DNA of 64,000 nt from an uncultured Bacilli bacterium. GTDB taxonomy: Bacteria > Bacillota_I > Bacilli_A > RF39 > UBA660. Where the stretch lies: NCBI GenBank assembly GCA_947585595.1, contig CANPXB010000005.1, positions 7,483-71,482 on the forward strand. The letters run 5' to 3'. Under the pieces are notes generated by a model that saw nothing but the letters and a program-made list of their open reading frames with translations, was not told where the DNA came from and searched no databases. Both the position numbers and the translations under genes were made by a program. Shown here one piece after another: positions 26,345 through 37,050 of this stretch. The first letter of the stretch is position 1. Each line of letters starts with the position of its first letter.

Positions 26345-26872
26345 ATGACAAGAGTTAAAGGCGGAAATGTCGCTAAAAATAGAAGAAGAAAAGTATTAAA
26401 AGCTGCTAAAGGTTATTTTGGATCTAAACATAGATTATTTAAAACAGCACAAGAACAAACATTCCATAGTGGAGTTTATGCATTTAGAGATAGAAAACAA
26501 AATAAGAGAAACTTCAGAAAATTATGGATTCAAAGAATTAATGCAGCATGTCGTGAAAATGATATCAGTTATTCTAAATTTATTAATGGTTTAAATAAGG
26601 CTGGTATTGAAGTAAATAGAAAAATGTTAAGTACTATTGCTATTGATGATCCTGCTTCTTTTGCTGAATTAGTTAAAACTTCTAAAGCTGCTTTAGATGG
26701 AAAAGTAGTAGCTCCTAAAAAGGAAGTTAAAGAAGTTAAAGCATCAGTAAAAACTGAAGCTAAAGATTATTCTAAAATGACAGTTGCTGAATTAAAAGAA
26801 GAAGCTAAAAAACAAGGAGTAGAAAATTATACTTCAATGAAAAAAGCTGAATTATTAGAGGCTCTTAAGTAA
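26345..26872 (+). CDS. rplT: 50S ribosomal protein L20 with a ~57-aa C-terminal extension ending in a Rho_N/HeH-like motif
   Basis: The N-terminal ~118 aa are typical L20 ([25 protein letters not shown]...[11 protein letters not shown]). The extension is [56 protein letters not shown]. Confidence 0.9.
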   Translation: MTRVKGGNVAKNRRRKVLKAAKGYFGSKHRLFKTAQEQTFHSGVYAFRDRKQNKRNFRKLWIQRINAACRENDISYSKFINGLNKAGIEVNRKMLSTIAIDDPASFAELVKTSKAALDGKVVAPKKEVKEVKASVKTEAKDYSKMTVAELKEEAKKQGVENYTSMKKAELLEALK

Positions 26873-26894
26873 TCATTATTGATTACTTTTTTTT
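26867..26894 (+). terminator. Intrinsic terminator of the infC operon
   Basis: aagtaatca-ttat-tgattactt followed by a T run. Confidence 0.75.
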
Positions 26895-26926
26895 GGCTTA
26901 TAATCCGATAATTTTATTTCATTTTG

Positions 26927-26955
26927 TTGAAAACTAGAGAAGATTAAGGTATAAT
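26927..26955 (+). promoter_or_regulatory. Candidate sigma-A promoter upstream of ftsA
   Basis: TTGAAA (26927-26932), 17-nt spacer, TATAAT (26950-26955). Confidence 0.5.
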
Positions 26956-26984
26956 TAAAGTTAGTATAATATGGAGTGATGAAG

Positions 26985-28223
26985 ATGCGTAAGATAATGG
27001 CTTGTTTAGATGTCGGCTCAGATACTGTTAAATTAGTAGTAGGAGAGATGGTTAAAAAGAATTTAAATATCTTAGCTGTTGCTGAAGCTTATTCAAACGG
27101 AGTAAAAGATGGATTAGTAGTAGATCCTAATGCGTTATTAGAACCTTTAAAAAATGTTATACGAAAATGTGAAGAAGTAATAGGTTTGCAGATTCATCAA
27201 ATGGTTGTTTCTGTACCAGCAATAGATGCTTCTTATACTGTAGTTATGGGAAATATTAATATTAATAATGAAGGTTTTTTAATTGATGGTAAAGATGTAA
27301 TTCATGTTATACAAAAAGCTGTTAAGTCAGTACGTAGTGAAGATTTAGAATATGTTTCAATGATTCCAACTAGTTTTGCTTTAGATGATAATAGGGTAGT
27401 TAAAGATCCTAAGGGACTTACTTCTAAGACTTTATCAGTTAGAGGTGTTTTAGTTAGAGCACCTAAGAAAAATATTTATCCTATATTAGCTTGTTTAGAA
27501 AAACTAGGAGTAGATGTTGTTGATATTGCTTTATCTTCAATAGGTGATTATTTTGAATATAAGTCAAAAGAATATGATAAAGAAGTCGGAGTTGTAATTA
27601 ATTTAGGTGAAGAGACAACAACGATGGCTATTTTTAATAAAGGGGTTTTAACTAATTCTAAAGTTTTAAATCTTGGAGGAAAGAATATTGATAATGATAT
27701 ATCTTTTATCTATAAGATTCCATTAGATACAGCTAAAGAACTAAAAGAAGAGTTTGCTTTAGCTAATAAGAATATGGCTCAGGTAAGTGATACAGTAGAA
27801 GTTACGGATAAATCTTCAAGAACAATTACGATTAATCAATTTGAGATTAGTGAAGTAGTTATGAGTAGAATTTTAGAAATTCTAAATATAGCGAAGAAAG
27901 AAATAAATAGCTTAACAAAAAAAGAAATAAGTTATATAATATTTACAGGAGGATTGACGGAGTTCAAAGATTTTAATCTTACTTTACAAGAAGTTTTTGG
28001 TAATGAAGTTATAGTTGGTAAGGTTATGGAAATTGGAGTTCGCAATAACAAATATAGTTCTTGTTTAGGATTACTTAAGTATTATGCATATAATGCTAAA
28101 TTAAAAGATAAGGATTATTCGATGTTTTCAATAGAAGAACAACAGGAGTTAAGTGGCACTATTTTAATGAATGAAAATGATAGTATTATGGGCAAGTTGT
28201 TCGGTTACATATTTAATGGTTAA
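26985..28223 (+). CDS. ftsA: Cell division protein FtsA
   Basis: Actin-fold start [14 protein letters not shown]. Position directly upstream of ftsZ. ATG 26985 is preferred (GGAG 8 nt upstream); the tracked start is 26976. Confidence 0.9.
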   Translation: MRKIMACLDVGSDTVKLVVGEMVKKNLNILAVAEAYSNGVKDGLVVDPNALLEPLKNVIRKCEEVIGLQIHQMVVSVPAIDASYTVVMGNININNEGFLIDGKDVIHVIQKAVKSVRSEDLEYVSMIPTSFALDDNRVVKDPKGLTSKTLSVRGVLVRAPKKNIYPILACLEKLGVDVVDIALSSIGDYFEYKSKEYDKEVGVVINLGEETTTMAIFNKGVLTNSKVLNLGGKNIDNDISFIYKIPLDTAKELKEEFALANKNMAQVSDTVEVTDKSSRTITINQFEISEVVMSRILEILNIAKKEINSLTKKEISYIIFTGGLTEFKDFNLTLQEVFGNEVIVGKVMEIGVRNNKYSSCLGLLKYYAYNAKLKDKDYSMFSIEEQQELSGTILMNENDSIMGKLFGYIFNG

Positions 28224-28237
28224 TGAGGAGGATTAAG

Positions 28238-29308
28238 ATGCAAGAATTAGAAAGAGATCAGATAGCAAAGATTAAAGTTATAGGTGTCGGTGGTGGCGGA
28301 TGTAACGCTGTTAATCGTATGATTGAATCTGGTGTTGGTGGCGTAGAGTTTATTGTTGCTAATACTGATTTACAAGTTTTAAATGTTAGTAATGCCGAAA
28401 CTAAGTTACAAATAGGTAAAAGTATTACTGAAGGTTTAGGAGCAGGAGCTAATCCAGAAATTGGTCGTGAAGCGGCTTTAGAAAGTAAGAAGGAAATTGA
28501 AGAAGCTTTAGCTGGTGCTGATATGATCTTTGTTACTTGTGGTTTAGGTGGAGGTACTGGTACTGGTGCTGCACCTATTGTTGCAGAAATTGCTCAAGAA
28601 CAAGGAGCTTTAACTGTTGCTATTGTTACAAAGCCATTTAAGTTTGAGGGACGCAAAAGAATGGAACAAGCTGAAGTTGGTCTTGAAGAACTTAAAAAAC
28701 ATGTTGATACAATAATTGTTATTCCTAATGATCGATTAAGAGATATGATAGATAGAACAACGCCTATATTAGAAGCATTTAAAGAAGTTGATAATGTTTT
28801 AAGAAGAGGTGTTCAATCAATATCAGATTTGATTGCTGTATCTGGTTTAGTTAACCTTGACTTTGCGGATGTTAAAGCTGTTATGCAAAATAGAGGTAAT
28901 GCCATTATTGGTATAGGTATTGGTGTTGGTGAAGATAGAGCTATTGAAGCAGCTAAACAAGCAGTAGCATCTCCTTTACTTGAAACAACAATTGATGGCG
29001 CTACGGATGCAATAATTAATATAACTGGTGGTAATTCACTTACTTTATTTGAAGCAGAAGATGCTGCTGAAGTAGTAAGAAATGCTGCTAATACAGATAT
29101 AAATACAATCTTTGGTGCAGTTATTAACGAAAACTTAAATGATGAAGTTATCGTTACAGTAATTGCAACAGGATTTGATGATGCTAGAGAACAAATTGGT
29201 GGAGGATTAGAAAATGATTTACCACAAAATACTTCATATATGAGAGATGAAGATGAATTTGATAGTGTAGATATTCCACCATTCTTAAGAAATAGAGACG
29301 ATTATTAA
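28238..29308 (+). CDS. ftsZ: Cell division GTPase FtsZ
   Basis: ATG 28238 after [24 protein letters not shown], tubulin signature [10 protein letters not shown], and the C-terminal peptide DIPPFLRN. Confidence 0.97.
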   Translation: MQELERDQIAKIKVIGVGGGGCNAVNRMIESGVGGVEFIVANTDLQVLNVSNAETKLQIGKSITEGLGAGANPEIGREAALESKKEIEEALAGADMIFVTCGLGGGTGTGAAPIVAEIAQEQGALTVAIVTKPFKFEGRKRMEQAEVGLEELKKHVDTIIVIPNDRLRDMIDRTTPILEAFKEVDNVLRRGVQSISDLIAVSGLVNLDFADVKAVMQNRGNAIIGIGIGVGEDRAIEAAKQAVASPLLETTIDGATDAIINITGGNSLTLFEAEDAAEVVRNAANTDINTIFGAVINENLNDEVIVTVIATGFDDAREQIGGGLENDLPQNTSYMRDEDEFDSVDIPPFLRNRDDY

Positions 29309-29313
29309 TAAGT

Positions 29314-29342
29314 AAGGCAGGTGTTAAGTCCTGCTTTTTTTT
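29314..29342 (+). terminator. Intrinsic terminator of ftsZ
   Basis: aaggcagg-tgttaagt-cctgctt followed by a T run. Confidence 0.7.
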
Positions 29343-29413
29343 AGTTTAATTTTATTTAAATGTGATATACTTTTTATAGTAGGATAGTCTTAAAATAGAA
29401 GGGAGTGTAGGAA

Positions 29414-30316
29414 ATGAAATGTAAGATATGCGGCGCAGAATTAAATCCTGGTGATACAGTTTGTCATGTCTGTGGTGTTATAGTTGATTATCATGATTAT
29501 GTTAATGATGGTTTTAGTAGTGCTGAAAATCGTGTAAATAATAGTTCAAAAATGACAAATAGTTCTTTTCCTGCACCAAGTAATGATGATTTTACTTTCT
29601 TTAGTAATAAGACTAATAATAGTTCAAGTAATAATAATGAAGATGATAAAACTAAGTATTTAATAGCGGCAGTTATTGCAGTTATTCTTTTAATTGGTTT
29701 TGGTATTGTTTTAGTAAAAGTTTTATCTCCTGAACCAGAGACTGTTCCAGCTGAAGAAGAGGTAATTTTAGGTGGAGATGATTTAGGAGGCGGTTCTGGA
29801 GGCAAAGAAGTGGAAGATCCTGAATTACCGGAAACTCCTAGTGAACCGACTGAACCAACAGAGCCACCAGTAGAAAATAAAAACTATAAATCTTTTGAAG
29901 GATATAAATTTGAAGTACTTGATGGATATACAGTAGTTCAAGAACAAGAATCATTAATATTTAAGAGTGTTGCTGATAATGTAGAATTTGTATTATCAAT
30001 ATATCATTCTAATCCATATTCAACTTATGCTAAGAGAAAAGATGAAGTTAAAGAACAATGGGAAGAAAGAGAATATGTAATTACAGAATATGGGGAGAAA
30101 ACAATTGGTAATGTTAATTGGCTTATTTTCTCATCTACTTATAATGCTAAACCATTCAGTATTGTTTATCGTACTTTCTTTAATAATAGTACAGTTGAAT
30201 TATTAATATTAAATAATGGTAGTTTAAGTAATGAATTGATATACAATAAGTTAGAAGGTATGTTAAGTACAGCACAAGTTGATAATACAGCAACGGAAAC
30301 AAATACTAAAGTTTAA
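29414..30316 (+). CDS. Zinc-ribbon membrane protein, function unknown
   Basis: N-terminal CxxC...CxxC (KCKICGAEL...CHVCG). Low-complexity linker. One TM helix (YLIAAVIAVILLIGFGIVLV). About 190-aa extracytoplasmic domain. Confidence 0.6.
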   Translation: MKCKICGAELNPGDTVCHVCGVIVDYHDYVNDGFSSAENRVNNSSKMTNSSFPAPSNDDFTFFSNKTNNSSSNNNEDDKTKYLIAAVIAVILLIGFGIVLVKVLSPEPETVPAEEEVILGGDDLGGGSGGKEVEDPELPETPSEPTEPTEPPVENKNYKSFEGYKFEVLDGYTVVQEQESLIFKSVADNVEFVLSIYHSNPYSTYAKRKDEVKEQWEEREYVITEYGEKTIGNVNWLIFSSTYNAKPFSIVYRTFFNNSTVELLILNNGSLSNELIYNKLEGMLSTAQVDNTATETNTKV

Positions 30317-30340
30317 AAAACGATTTAATCGTTTTTTTTT
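30316..30340 (+). terminator. Intrinsic terminator
   Basis: aaaacga-tttaa-tcgtttt followed by a T run. Confidence 0.7.
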
Positions 30341-30383
30341 GACCTTTTTCCGCCGTCTTAAATGATAATTTAGTAATGGTGAT

Positions 30384-31178
30384 ATGATGAAAGTATATTT
30401 AGATTTAGTAATAATAATTAATTATATTTTTGATTTAATATTACTTTTAAGTGTTAATTATATTTTAAGAAGGAATGCTAGTTTAAAAAGAATATTATTA
30501 GGTTCTTTAGGAGGAAGTATTACTTTATTTATTTTGTTTTTAAAACTTAATATGTTTTGGTTAATTGTTTATAAGTTTGTTGTTTCAATATTAATGTTAT
30601 TAGTTACTTTTGGATATCGAGATTTTAATTATTTAAAGAAGAATGTTATTTATTTTTATTTAGTTAGTATGTTACTTGGAGGAGGAATATATTTTCTAAA
30701 TAGTCAGTTTAGTTATACGAATAATGGTTTATTATTTAATAATAGTGGTTTAAAGATTAGTTATGGAATTGTTATTGTTTTAGCACTGGGGGTATTTTTT
30801 AAATATATGTTAGCTTTTAAAGATTTAAAGAATAATTATCATAATTATTATAAGTGTAAGATTTATTTTGATGAACGGAATTATATTGTAGTTAATGCTT
30901 ATTTAGATACAGGTAATAAATTAAAAGATCCTTATAGTAATAAAAGTATTATTTTAGTAGAAGAGAATAAAGTTAAAGATATTAGTAAACAAAAACCTAT
31001 TTATGTACCTTATAATTCGTTAAATAATCATGGATTACTTAAATGTTTTAAAGCTTTAAAGTTAGAAATAGATGGTTTAGTATATGATAAGTTTTTAGTA
31101 GGAATTAGTGAAAAGAATTTTTTTATGGATGGAATAGATTGTATTTTAAGTAGTAATGTAATGGAGGGATTAAGATGA
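30384..31178 (+). CDS. spoIIGA: Sporulation sigma-E processing aspartic peptidase SpoIIGA
   Basis: Polytopic N-terminal membrane domain. C-terminal aspartic-protease motif YLDTGNKLKDPYSNKSIILVE. The stop overlaps the sigE start. Confidence 0.85.
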   Translation: MMKVYLDLVIIINYIFDLILLLSVNYILRRNASLKRILLGSLGGSITLFILFLKLNMFWLIVYKFVVSILMLLVTFGYRDFNYLKKNVIYFYLVSMLLGGGIYFLNSQFSYTNNGLLFNNSGLKISYGIVIVLALGVFFKYMLAFKDLKNNYHNYYKCKIYFDERNYIVVNAYLDTGNKLKDPYSNKSIILVEENKVKDISKQKPIYVPYNSLNNHGLLKCFKALKLEIDGLVYDKFLVGISEKNFFMDGIDCILSSNVMEGLR

Positions 31179-31867
31179 TTGAATTAGTTAAGAGAATAAT
31201 TAATTTTTTTAAAAGTAAGTATAATCAATTTTTCTTTGTTGGTAGTAGTGATATATTACCACCACCTTTAAAACAAGAAGAAGAGATTGCTTATTTAATT
31301 AAAGCTCAACAAGGGGATATTGAAGCAAGAAATAAGTTAATTGAACATAATTTAAGATTAGTAGTATTTATCGCTAAGAAATATGAAAGTTCTTTAGATA
31401 CTTTAGAAGATTTAGTAAGTATTGGTTCAATTGGCTTAATTAAAGGAATTAATACCTATAAAATTGATAAGAATATTAGGTTAGCTACTTATGCTTCGAG
31501 ATGTATATCTAATGAGATATTAATGTATTTAAGAAAGAATAAGAAAAGAGCCAATGATATTAGTTTTGAAGAAGCTTTAACCTATGATGCTGAGGGGAAT
31601 GAGTTACATTTAGAAGATATTATGGGAACTGATGAAGATGTAACTTATAAAGAATATGAAAAGAAGTTAGATATGGAATTACTTAAGAAGTATTTAGATA
31701 AGTTAAATGAACGGGATAAAAAGATTATGATTATGAGGTATGGACTTTATAATACAACGGAATATACACAGAAGGAAGTAGCAGAGATTTTAGGAATAAG
31801 TCAATCTTATATATCTAGAATAGAGAAGAAGGTTATTAAAAAATTGAAAGTTCATTTAGAAGATTAA
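31175..31867 (+). CDS. sigE: Sporulation sigma factor SigE (pro-sigma-E)
   Basis: Pro-sequence followed by ILPPPLKQEEE...NLRLVVFIAKKY...LATYASRCISNEILMYLRKN...ISQSYISRIEKK. This is close to B. subtilis SigE as I recall it. Coupled to spoIIGA. Confidence 0.9.
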   Translation: MIELVKRIINFFKSKYNQFFFVGSSDILPPPLKQEEEIAYLIKAQQGDIEARNKLIEHNLRLVVFIAKKYESSLDTLEDLVSIGSIGLIKGINTYKIDKNIRLATYASRCISNEILMYLRKNKKRANDISFEEALTYDAEGNELHLEDIMGTDEDVTYKEYEKKLDMELLKKYLDKLNERDKKIMIMRYGLYNTTEYTQKEVAEILGISQSYISRIEKKVIKKLKVHLED

Positions 31868-31928
31868 TTATAACTACTAAAAAGAGTTTAAATATGATAT
31901 ACTTTTTATGATAATAGGAGTTGGTTAT

Positions 31929-32621
31929 ATGGGGTTTTTAAATGTAACTAAAGGTAATAAGAAAGCCAATAATAACCCGGTAAATCAAAATTATATGAAT
32001 GTTTCTGATAATTTATATAATGATTATGATAGTGTTGGAATGAATGGTAATACTATTAAGAGTGAAGCTAGTATTATAGAGGTTTGTTTAAAGTCAGTTG
32101 TTGAAATAAGTGTTATTTTAGCTATTTTAATAGCTTTACTTTTTATTGGTACTAATATATTTAATTTTCAATTTGTTTTATTTACTAAGTTAGATGAATA
32201 TACTTTAAGTAGTTATAATAGTGAAGTTAGAAGAAGTTTTGTTTTTCTTTCAGTAGCTTTATTAGTAGTATGTTTTATTGTTAAAATAGTAATAAATAAT
32301 GCTATTAGAGGGCGTTTTAGTAAAAAGTATTTAAAAAAGATTAATATATATATTTATGATGGTTTTATTACAATAATTAATATTATTTTATATATTTTAA
32401 TTGGAGTTTTCTTCTTTTATTTAGTAGATGAGATTAATATTATTATTCAAAATGGTTATTTTGTTGAAGAAGTAAACAAAGGGGTTATTGATATTTTTAA
32501 ATATGTTGTAGTTGTAGTTATCACAATATTTGGGGTTTTAAATTCTTTTACGGGAATGAGTATTATTCATAAAAAGAATAAGTTTGTTTTAGAAGATTAT
32601 TTTACTCATGAAACCAACTAA
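31929..32621 (+). CDS. Polytopic membrane protein, function unknown
   Basis: ATG 31929 preferred (AGGAG 8 nt upstream). Four to five hydrophobic helices. It occupies the position where sigG sits in Bacillus and Clostridium. Confidence 0.5.
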   Translation: MGFLNVTKGNKKANNNPVNQNYMNVSDNLYNDYDSVGMNGNTIKSEASIIEVCLKSVVEISVILAILIALLFIGTNIFNFQFVLFTKLDEYTLSSYNSEVRRSFVFLSVALLVVCFIVKIVINNAIRGRFSKKYLKKINIYIYDGFITIINIILYILIGVFFFYLVDEINIIIQNGYFVEEVNKGVIDIFKYVVVVVITIFGVLNSFTGMSIIHKKNKFVLEDYFTHETN

Positions 32622-32689
32622 TTTAAAGTTGGTTTTTTAGTGTTTTAAAACTTGGCTTTTATGATATAATTATAATAGGTGTTTATAGA

Positions 32690-33709
32690 ATGAATATATA
32701 TGGAATTAAAAGAAGCGACTTAGAACAATATTTTATAGATATAAATGAAAAGAAGTTTAAAGCTTTACAAATTTTTGAATGGCTTTATACCCATAAAGTA
32801 GATTCATTTTATAAAATGACCAATATTAAAAAAGAGTTACAAGAGAGATTAGATAAAGATTTTTCTTTTGAAATGATTAAAATTGTTAAGAAACAAGAAG
32901 ATAAGTTAGTTAAAAAGTATTTATTTAAGTTATTTGATGGTAATTTTGTTGAAGCAGTTTTAATGCAACATGATTATGGTTTATCTGTTTGTGTAAGTAG
33001 TGAAGTAGGATGTAATATGGGATGTGCTTTTTGTGAGTCAGGTAGACTTAAGAAAGTACGTAACTTAGGAACTTATGAAATGGTTGAACAAATCTTACTT
33101 ATTGAAGATGATATAGGTAAGAGAATATCAAGTGTAGTTATTATGGGTATTGGAGAACCTTTAGATAACTATGATAATGTCTTAGATTTTATTAAGATAA
33201 TTAATGATCCGAAAGGTATAGCAATAGGAGCTAGACATATTACATTATCAACTTGTGGAATAGTACCTAAGATTAAAGAATTACAAAATGAAACATTACA
33301 AATTAATTTGGCATTATCTTTACATGCACCGAATGATGAACTAAGAAATAAATTAATGCCAATTAACAAATCGTATAAGCTTAAAGAATTAATTGATACT
33401 ATTAATGAGTATATTTTAAAAACTAATAGACGAGTAACTATTGAATATGTTATGCTTGATAAGGTAAATGATGATGATGAGTATGCAATAGAGTTAGCAG
33501 ATTTACTTAGAGGAATGAATGTATATGTTAATTTAATTCCGTATAATGAAACTAATCATATTGAGTTTAAGAGATCAAGTAAAGAACAAATCATGAGATT
33601 TTATGATATTTTAAAGAAAAAAGGAATAAATGTTACAATAAGAAAAGAATTTGGTAGCAAGATAGATGCTGCTTGTGGACAGCTTAGAAGTAAAGAGGTG
33701 GAATCATGA
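32690..33709 (+). CDS. rlmN: 23S rRNA / tRNA (adenine-C2) methyltransferase RlmN (radical SAM)
   Basis: Radical-SAM cluster motif GCNMGCAFCESG, a C-terminal conserved Cys (DAACGQL) and typical length. Confidence 0.9.
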   Translation: MNIYGIKRSDLEQYFIDINEKKFKALQIFEWLYTHKVDSFYKMTNIKKELQERLDKDFSFEMIKIVKKQEDKLVKKYLFKLFDGNFVEAVLMQHDYGLSVCVSSEVGCNMGCAFCESGRLKKVRNLGTYEMVEQILLIEDDIGKRISSVVIMGIGEPLDNYDNVLDFIKIINDPKGIAIGARHITLSTCGIVPKIKELQNETLQINLALSLHAPNDELRNKLMPINKSYKLKELIDTINEYILKTNRRVTIEYVMLDKVNDDDEYAIELADLLRGMNVYVNLIPYNETNHIEFKRSSKEQIMRFYDILKKKGINVTIRKEFGSKIDAACGQLRSKEVES

Positions 33710-34452
33710 AAACATTTTATTTAACAGATTCAGGGAAAGTAAGAGATCATAATGAAGATTCAGTAACAATTTTAAAGAATGCTAATAATGAGTATTTATT
33801 AATTGTTGCTGATGGAATGGGTGGACATCGTGCTGGTGAAGTAGCTAGTTCAATGGTTTTAACTCATTTAGGTAAGAGCTTTTCTGAAGTTGATTCTCTA
33901 GGTGATAAGTTAGATGCAATTAATTGGATGAAAGATAATATTTCAGCTATTAATCAAGAAATAATTGATCATACTAAAGAACATCCAGATAGTTTAGGAA
34001 TGGGTACAACAACAGTTATGGCTTTACTTACTGATTCTTATCTAATATTTGGTAATATAGGTGATTCTTCAGGATTTGTTTTAAAGAATGGTAAACTTAC
34101 TAAAGTAACTAAAGATCATACTTTAGTAAATCTATTAGTATCAGCTGGAGATTTAACCGAAGAAGAAGCTAAATATCATCCAAAACGTAATGTTTTAATG
34201 AGAGCTTTAGGTAGTAGTGATAAAGCAGAGTTAGATGTCTTTGATGTTGATACTAATGTAGATGGAATATTACTATGTAGTGATGGTTTAACTTCAATGC
34301 TTACTAAAGAACAAATTGAAAAAGTATTAAATGATGAAGAATTAGAAATAGAAGAAAAAGTAGTTAAATTAATTAGAAAAAGTAATGCTAGAGGGGGAAC
34401 TGATAATATATCAGTAGCTTATTTAAGTCTGGAAAGCGGTGATGAAGAATGA
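33706..34452 (+). CDS. stp: PP2C-family Ser/Thr phosphatase (Stp/PrpC)
   Basis: DSGKVRDHNEDS, VADGMGGHRAGEVAS, LLCSDGL and GGTDNISV. Overlaps the downstream kinase gene. Confidence 0.9.
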   Translation: MKTFYLTDSGKVRDHNEDSVTILKNANNEYLLIVADGMGGHRAGEVASSMVLTHLGKSFSEVDSLGDKLDAINWMKDNISAINQEIIDHTKEHPDSLGMGTTTVMALLTDSYLIFGNIGDSSGFVLKNGKLTKVTKDHTLVNLLVSAGDLTEEEAKYHPKRNVLMRALGSSDKAELDVFDVDTNVDGILLCSDGLTSMLTKEQIEKVLNDEELEIEEKVVKLIRKSNARGGTDNISVAYLSLESGDEE

Positions 34453-36209
34453 TAATGAAAGGTCAAAAAATAAATGATCGCTATCAGATAATTAAGTCAA
34501 TCGGCGAAGGTGGTATGGCTAATGTTTATTTAGCTTATGATACTATTTTAGATAGAGATGTGGCTGTTAAGGTATTACGTGGAGATTTATCTAATGATGA
34601 GAAGTTTGTTAGAAGATTTCAAAGAGAAGCATTAAATGCTAGTAGTTTAAGTCATCCTAATATAGTTGAAGTATATGATGTTGGTGATGATAATGGTCAA
34701 TATTATATAGTTATGGAATATATTGAAGGTAAGAATTTAAAGGATTTAATTAAGAAACGTGGTAAATTAACAGTTACAGAAGTTGTTGATATAATGAGTC
34801 AGATTGCTGATGGTTTATCTGTAGCTCATGATTCTTATATTATTCATCGTGATATTAAACCACAAAATATAATGATTTTAGAAAATGGTTTAGTTAAGAT
34901 TACAGATTTTGGGATTGCGATGGCAATGAATGCAACGCAACTTACACAAACTAATTCAGTAATGGGTTCAGTTCATTATTTACCACCAGAACAAGCTAGT
35001 GGTAAAGGTAGTACTTTAAAGAGCGATATTTATTCAATGGGTATTTTAATGTATGAGTTATTAACTGGTACTTTACCATATCGTGGTGATAATGCTGTAG
35101 AAATAGCTTTAAAACATTTAAAAGAACCTCTACCAAGTGTAAGAGATGTCTTACCAGATATTCCACAAAGTGTAGAGAATATAATTTTAAAGAGTGCAGC
35201 TAAGAATCCAAAGAATAGATATAATGATGCTAGAGAAATGTATGAAGATTTATCTACTTGCTTAGATGAGTCAAGATTAAATGAACCAAGATATGAATAT
35301 CAATATCCAGAGTTGGATGGCGATAATAAGAAGTTTACAAAACAAGTTGAACAAGCGATTACAGTTGAAGATAGTGATAATAAGGAAAAGAAGGAAGAAG
35401 TATCTGTGAAACAAGTAACTGATGATGAAATTAAGAAAGAAAATAAGTTATTAATTGTATTAACCTCAATCTTTGTTTGCTTAATTTTAGTAGTAACGGT
35501 CTTAATGTTCTTTGTTAAAGGAATGTTAAATCCAAAGGTTATTATTGTTCCTGAAGTAGCTGGTAAGACAGTTAGTGAAGTTATAAGAGAATTACAAGAC
35601 GCTGGTTTTGAAGTAGCTGATGAACAAATGGAAATTAGTGATGAAAGTATTGCTAAAGACTTAGTAGTTAAGACGAATCCTGCTTCTGGTTCTAAGAGAA
35701 CTAAAGGAACAGTTGTTACTATTTATGTATCAACAGGTGATTCTAAACATGAAATAGAAGATTATACTGGTCAAAATTATCGTGAAGTTAAAGGTGAACT
35801 TGAAGCTTATGGTATTATGGTTTATATCGATAAAAAAGAAGTAGATGATCCAGATAAATATGATGAAGAGACTATAATTGCTCAAGATAAAGAACCTGGT
35901 TCTAAATTAGGACCTAAAGATAGTATTACTTTAACAGTTCCTGATATAGTTACACAATATCCTGACTTTACTGATGGAACATATACTGTTGAAGATGTTC
36001 AAAAGTTCTGTGATGAATATGGCGTTACATTAAAAATTAATGAATTAGAAGATTCTAGTTATGATGAAGGAACAATTATTAAACAAAGTAGAGCTAAAGG
36101 ATATACTGTTTCTTCTGGAACTACTTTAACAATTACTGTTGCTGTTGCACCTACCGAAACTGAATGTAATCCTTTAGATGAATTCTGTGAAACAGAAGAA
36201 GTTGAATAG
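34449..36209 (+). CDS. prkC: PASTA-domain Ser/Thr kinase (PrkC/PknB type)
   Basis: Hanks kinase motifs GEGGMANVY, VAVK, HRDIKPQN and DFGIA. One TM helix. Three C-terminal PASTA-like repeats. Confidence 0.9.
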   Translation: MIMKGQKINDRYQIIKSIGEGGMANVYLAYDTILDRDVAVKVLRGDLSNDEKFVRRFQREALNASSLSHPNIVEVYDVGDDNGQYYIVMEYIEGKNLKDLIKKRGKLTVTEVVDIMSQIADGLSVAHDSYIIHRDIKPQNIMILENGLVKITDFGIAMAMNATQLTQTNSVMGSVHYLPPEQASGKGSTLKSDIYSMGILMYELLTGTLPYRGDNAVEIALKHLKEPLPSVRDVLPDIPQSVENIILKSAAKNPKNRYNDAREMYEDLSTCLDESRLNEPRYEYQYPELDGDNKKFTKQVEQAITVEDSDNKEKKEEVSVKQVTDDEIKKENKLLIVLTSIFVCLILVVTVLMFFVKGMLNPKVIIVPEVAGKTVSEVIRELQDAGFEVADEQMEISDESIAKDLVVKTNPASGSKRTKGTVVTIYVSTGDSKHEIEDYTGQNYREVKGELEAYGIMVYIDKKEVDDPDKYDEETIIAQDKEPGSKLGPKDSITLTVPDIVTQYPDFTDGTYTVEDVQKFCDEYGVTLKINELEDSSYDEGTIIKQSRAKGYTVSSGTTLTITVAVAPTETECNPLDEFCETEEVE

Positions 36210-36216
36210 GTGAAAG

Positions 36217-37050
36217 ATGAATGGACAAATAATTAAAGTTATCAGTAATTTATATACCGTAAAAGTTGGTGATATGTTATATGGATGTCGAGCAAGAGGA
36301 AAATTCCGTAACGATAATATATCACCAATGGTCGGTGATAATGTTTTAATAGATGCTGATAATAATTTAATTATCGATATTCTACCACGTAAGAATGAAT
36401 TAGATAGACCAGTTGTTGCTAATGTAGATGTAGCTTTTATAGTAACTAGTACTAAGAAACCTGATTTAGATTTAAATCTTTTAGATAAGTTAATTAGTGT
36501 TATTACATTTAATGATATTGAACCAGTAATATGTTTTACAAAGTTAGATTTATTAAATGAAGTAGAGTTAGAAAGAATAGAAAAGTTACGTTTATATTAT
36601 GAAATGATTGGAATTAAGGTTGTTTATAATGATGAAACAGTTGATATTAAGAAGATTATTAAAAATAAAATAGTTGTTTTAGCTGGTCAAACAGGGGCTG
36701 GTAAAAGTAGTTTACTTAATCGTTTAGATGATAGTTTAGATATTAAGACGGATGAAATTAGTGAAGCTTTAGGAAGAGGCAAACATACAACAAGACATGT
36801 AGAGTTATATAGTGTTGCTGATGGTTATATTGTTGATACTCCTGGGTTTTCGGCTATTGATTTAAAAGATATGAGTAAAGAAGCTTTAAGAGATAGTTTT
36901 ATTGAATTTAGTAATTATGAATGTAAATTTAGAGATTGTATGCATCATAAAGAGGTAGGTTGTAAAGTTAAAGAAGCTTTAGAAGATAAAAGAATCTTAC
37001 AATCAAGATATGATAATTATTTATTATTTTTGAAAGGGTTGGAGAAATGA
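36217..37050 (+). CDS. rsgA: Ribosome small-subunit-dependent GTPase RsgA
   Basis: Circularly permuted GTPase (NVDVAFIV, FTKLDL, GQTGAGKSSLLN) and a C-terminal zinc knuckle CKFRDCMHHKEVGC. Confidence 0.9.
   Translation: MNGQIIKVISNLYTVKVGDMLYGCRARGKFRNDNISPMVGDNVLIDADNNLIIDILPRKNELDRPVVANVDVAFIVTSTKKPDLDLNLLDKLISVITFNDIEPVICFTKLDLLNEVELERIEKLRLYYEMIGIKVVYNDETVDIKKIIKNKIVVLAGQTGAGKSSLLNRLDDSLDIKTDEISEALGRGKHTTRHVELYSVADGYIVDTPGFSAIDLKDMSKEALRDSFIEFSNYECKFRDCMHHKEVGCKVKEALEDKRILQSRYDNYLLFLKGLEK

Noticed and set aside
30341-30383. I looked for a Spo0A-dependent spoIIG-type promoter (0A boxes, long spacer) upstream of spoIIGA.
   Set aside because: Only TTGACC-19 nt-GATAAT is visible, and there is no convincing TGTCGAA box, so no call was made.
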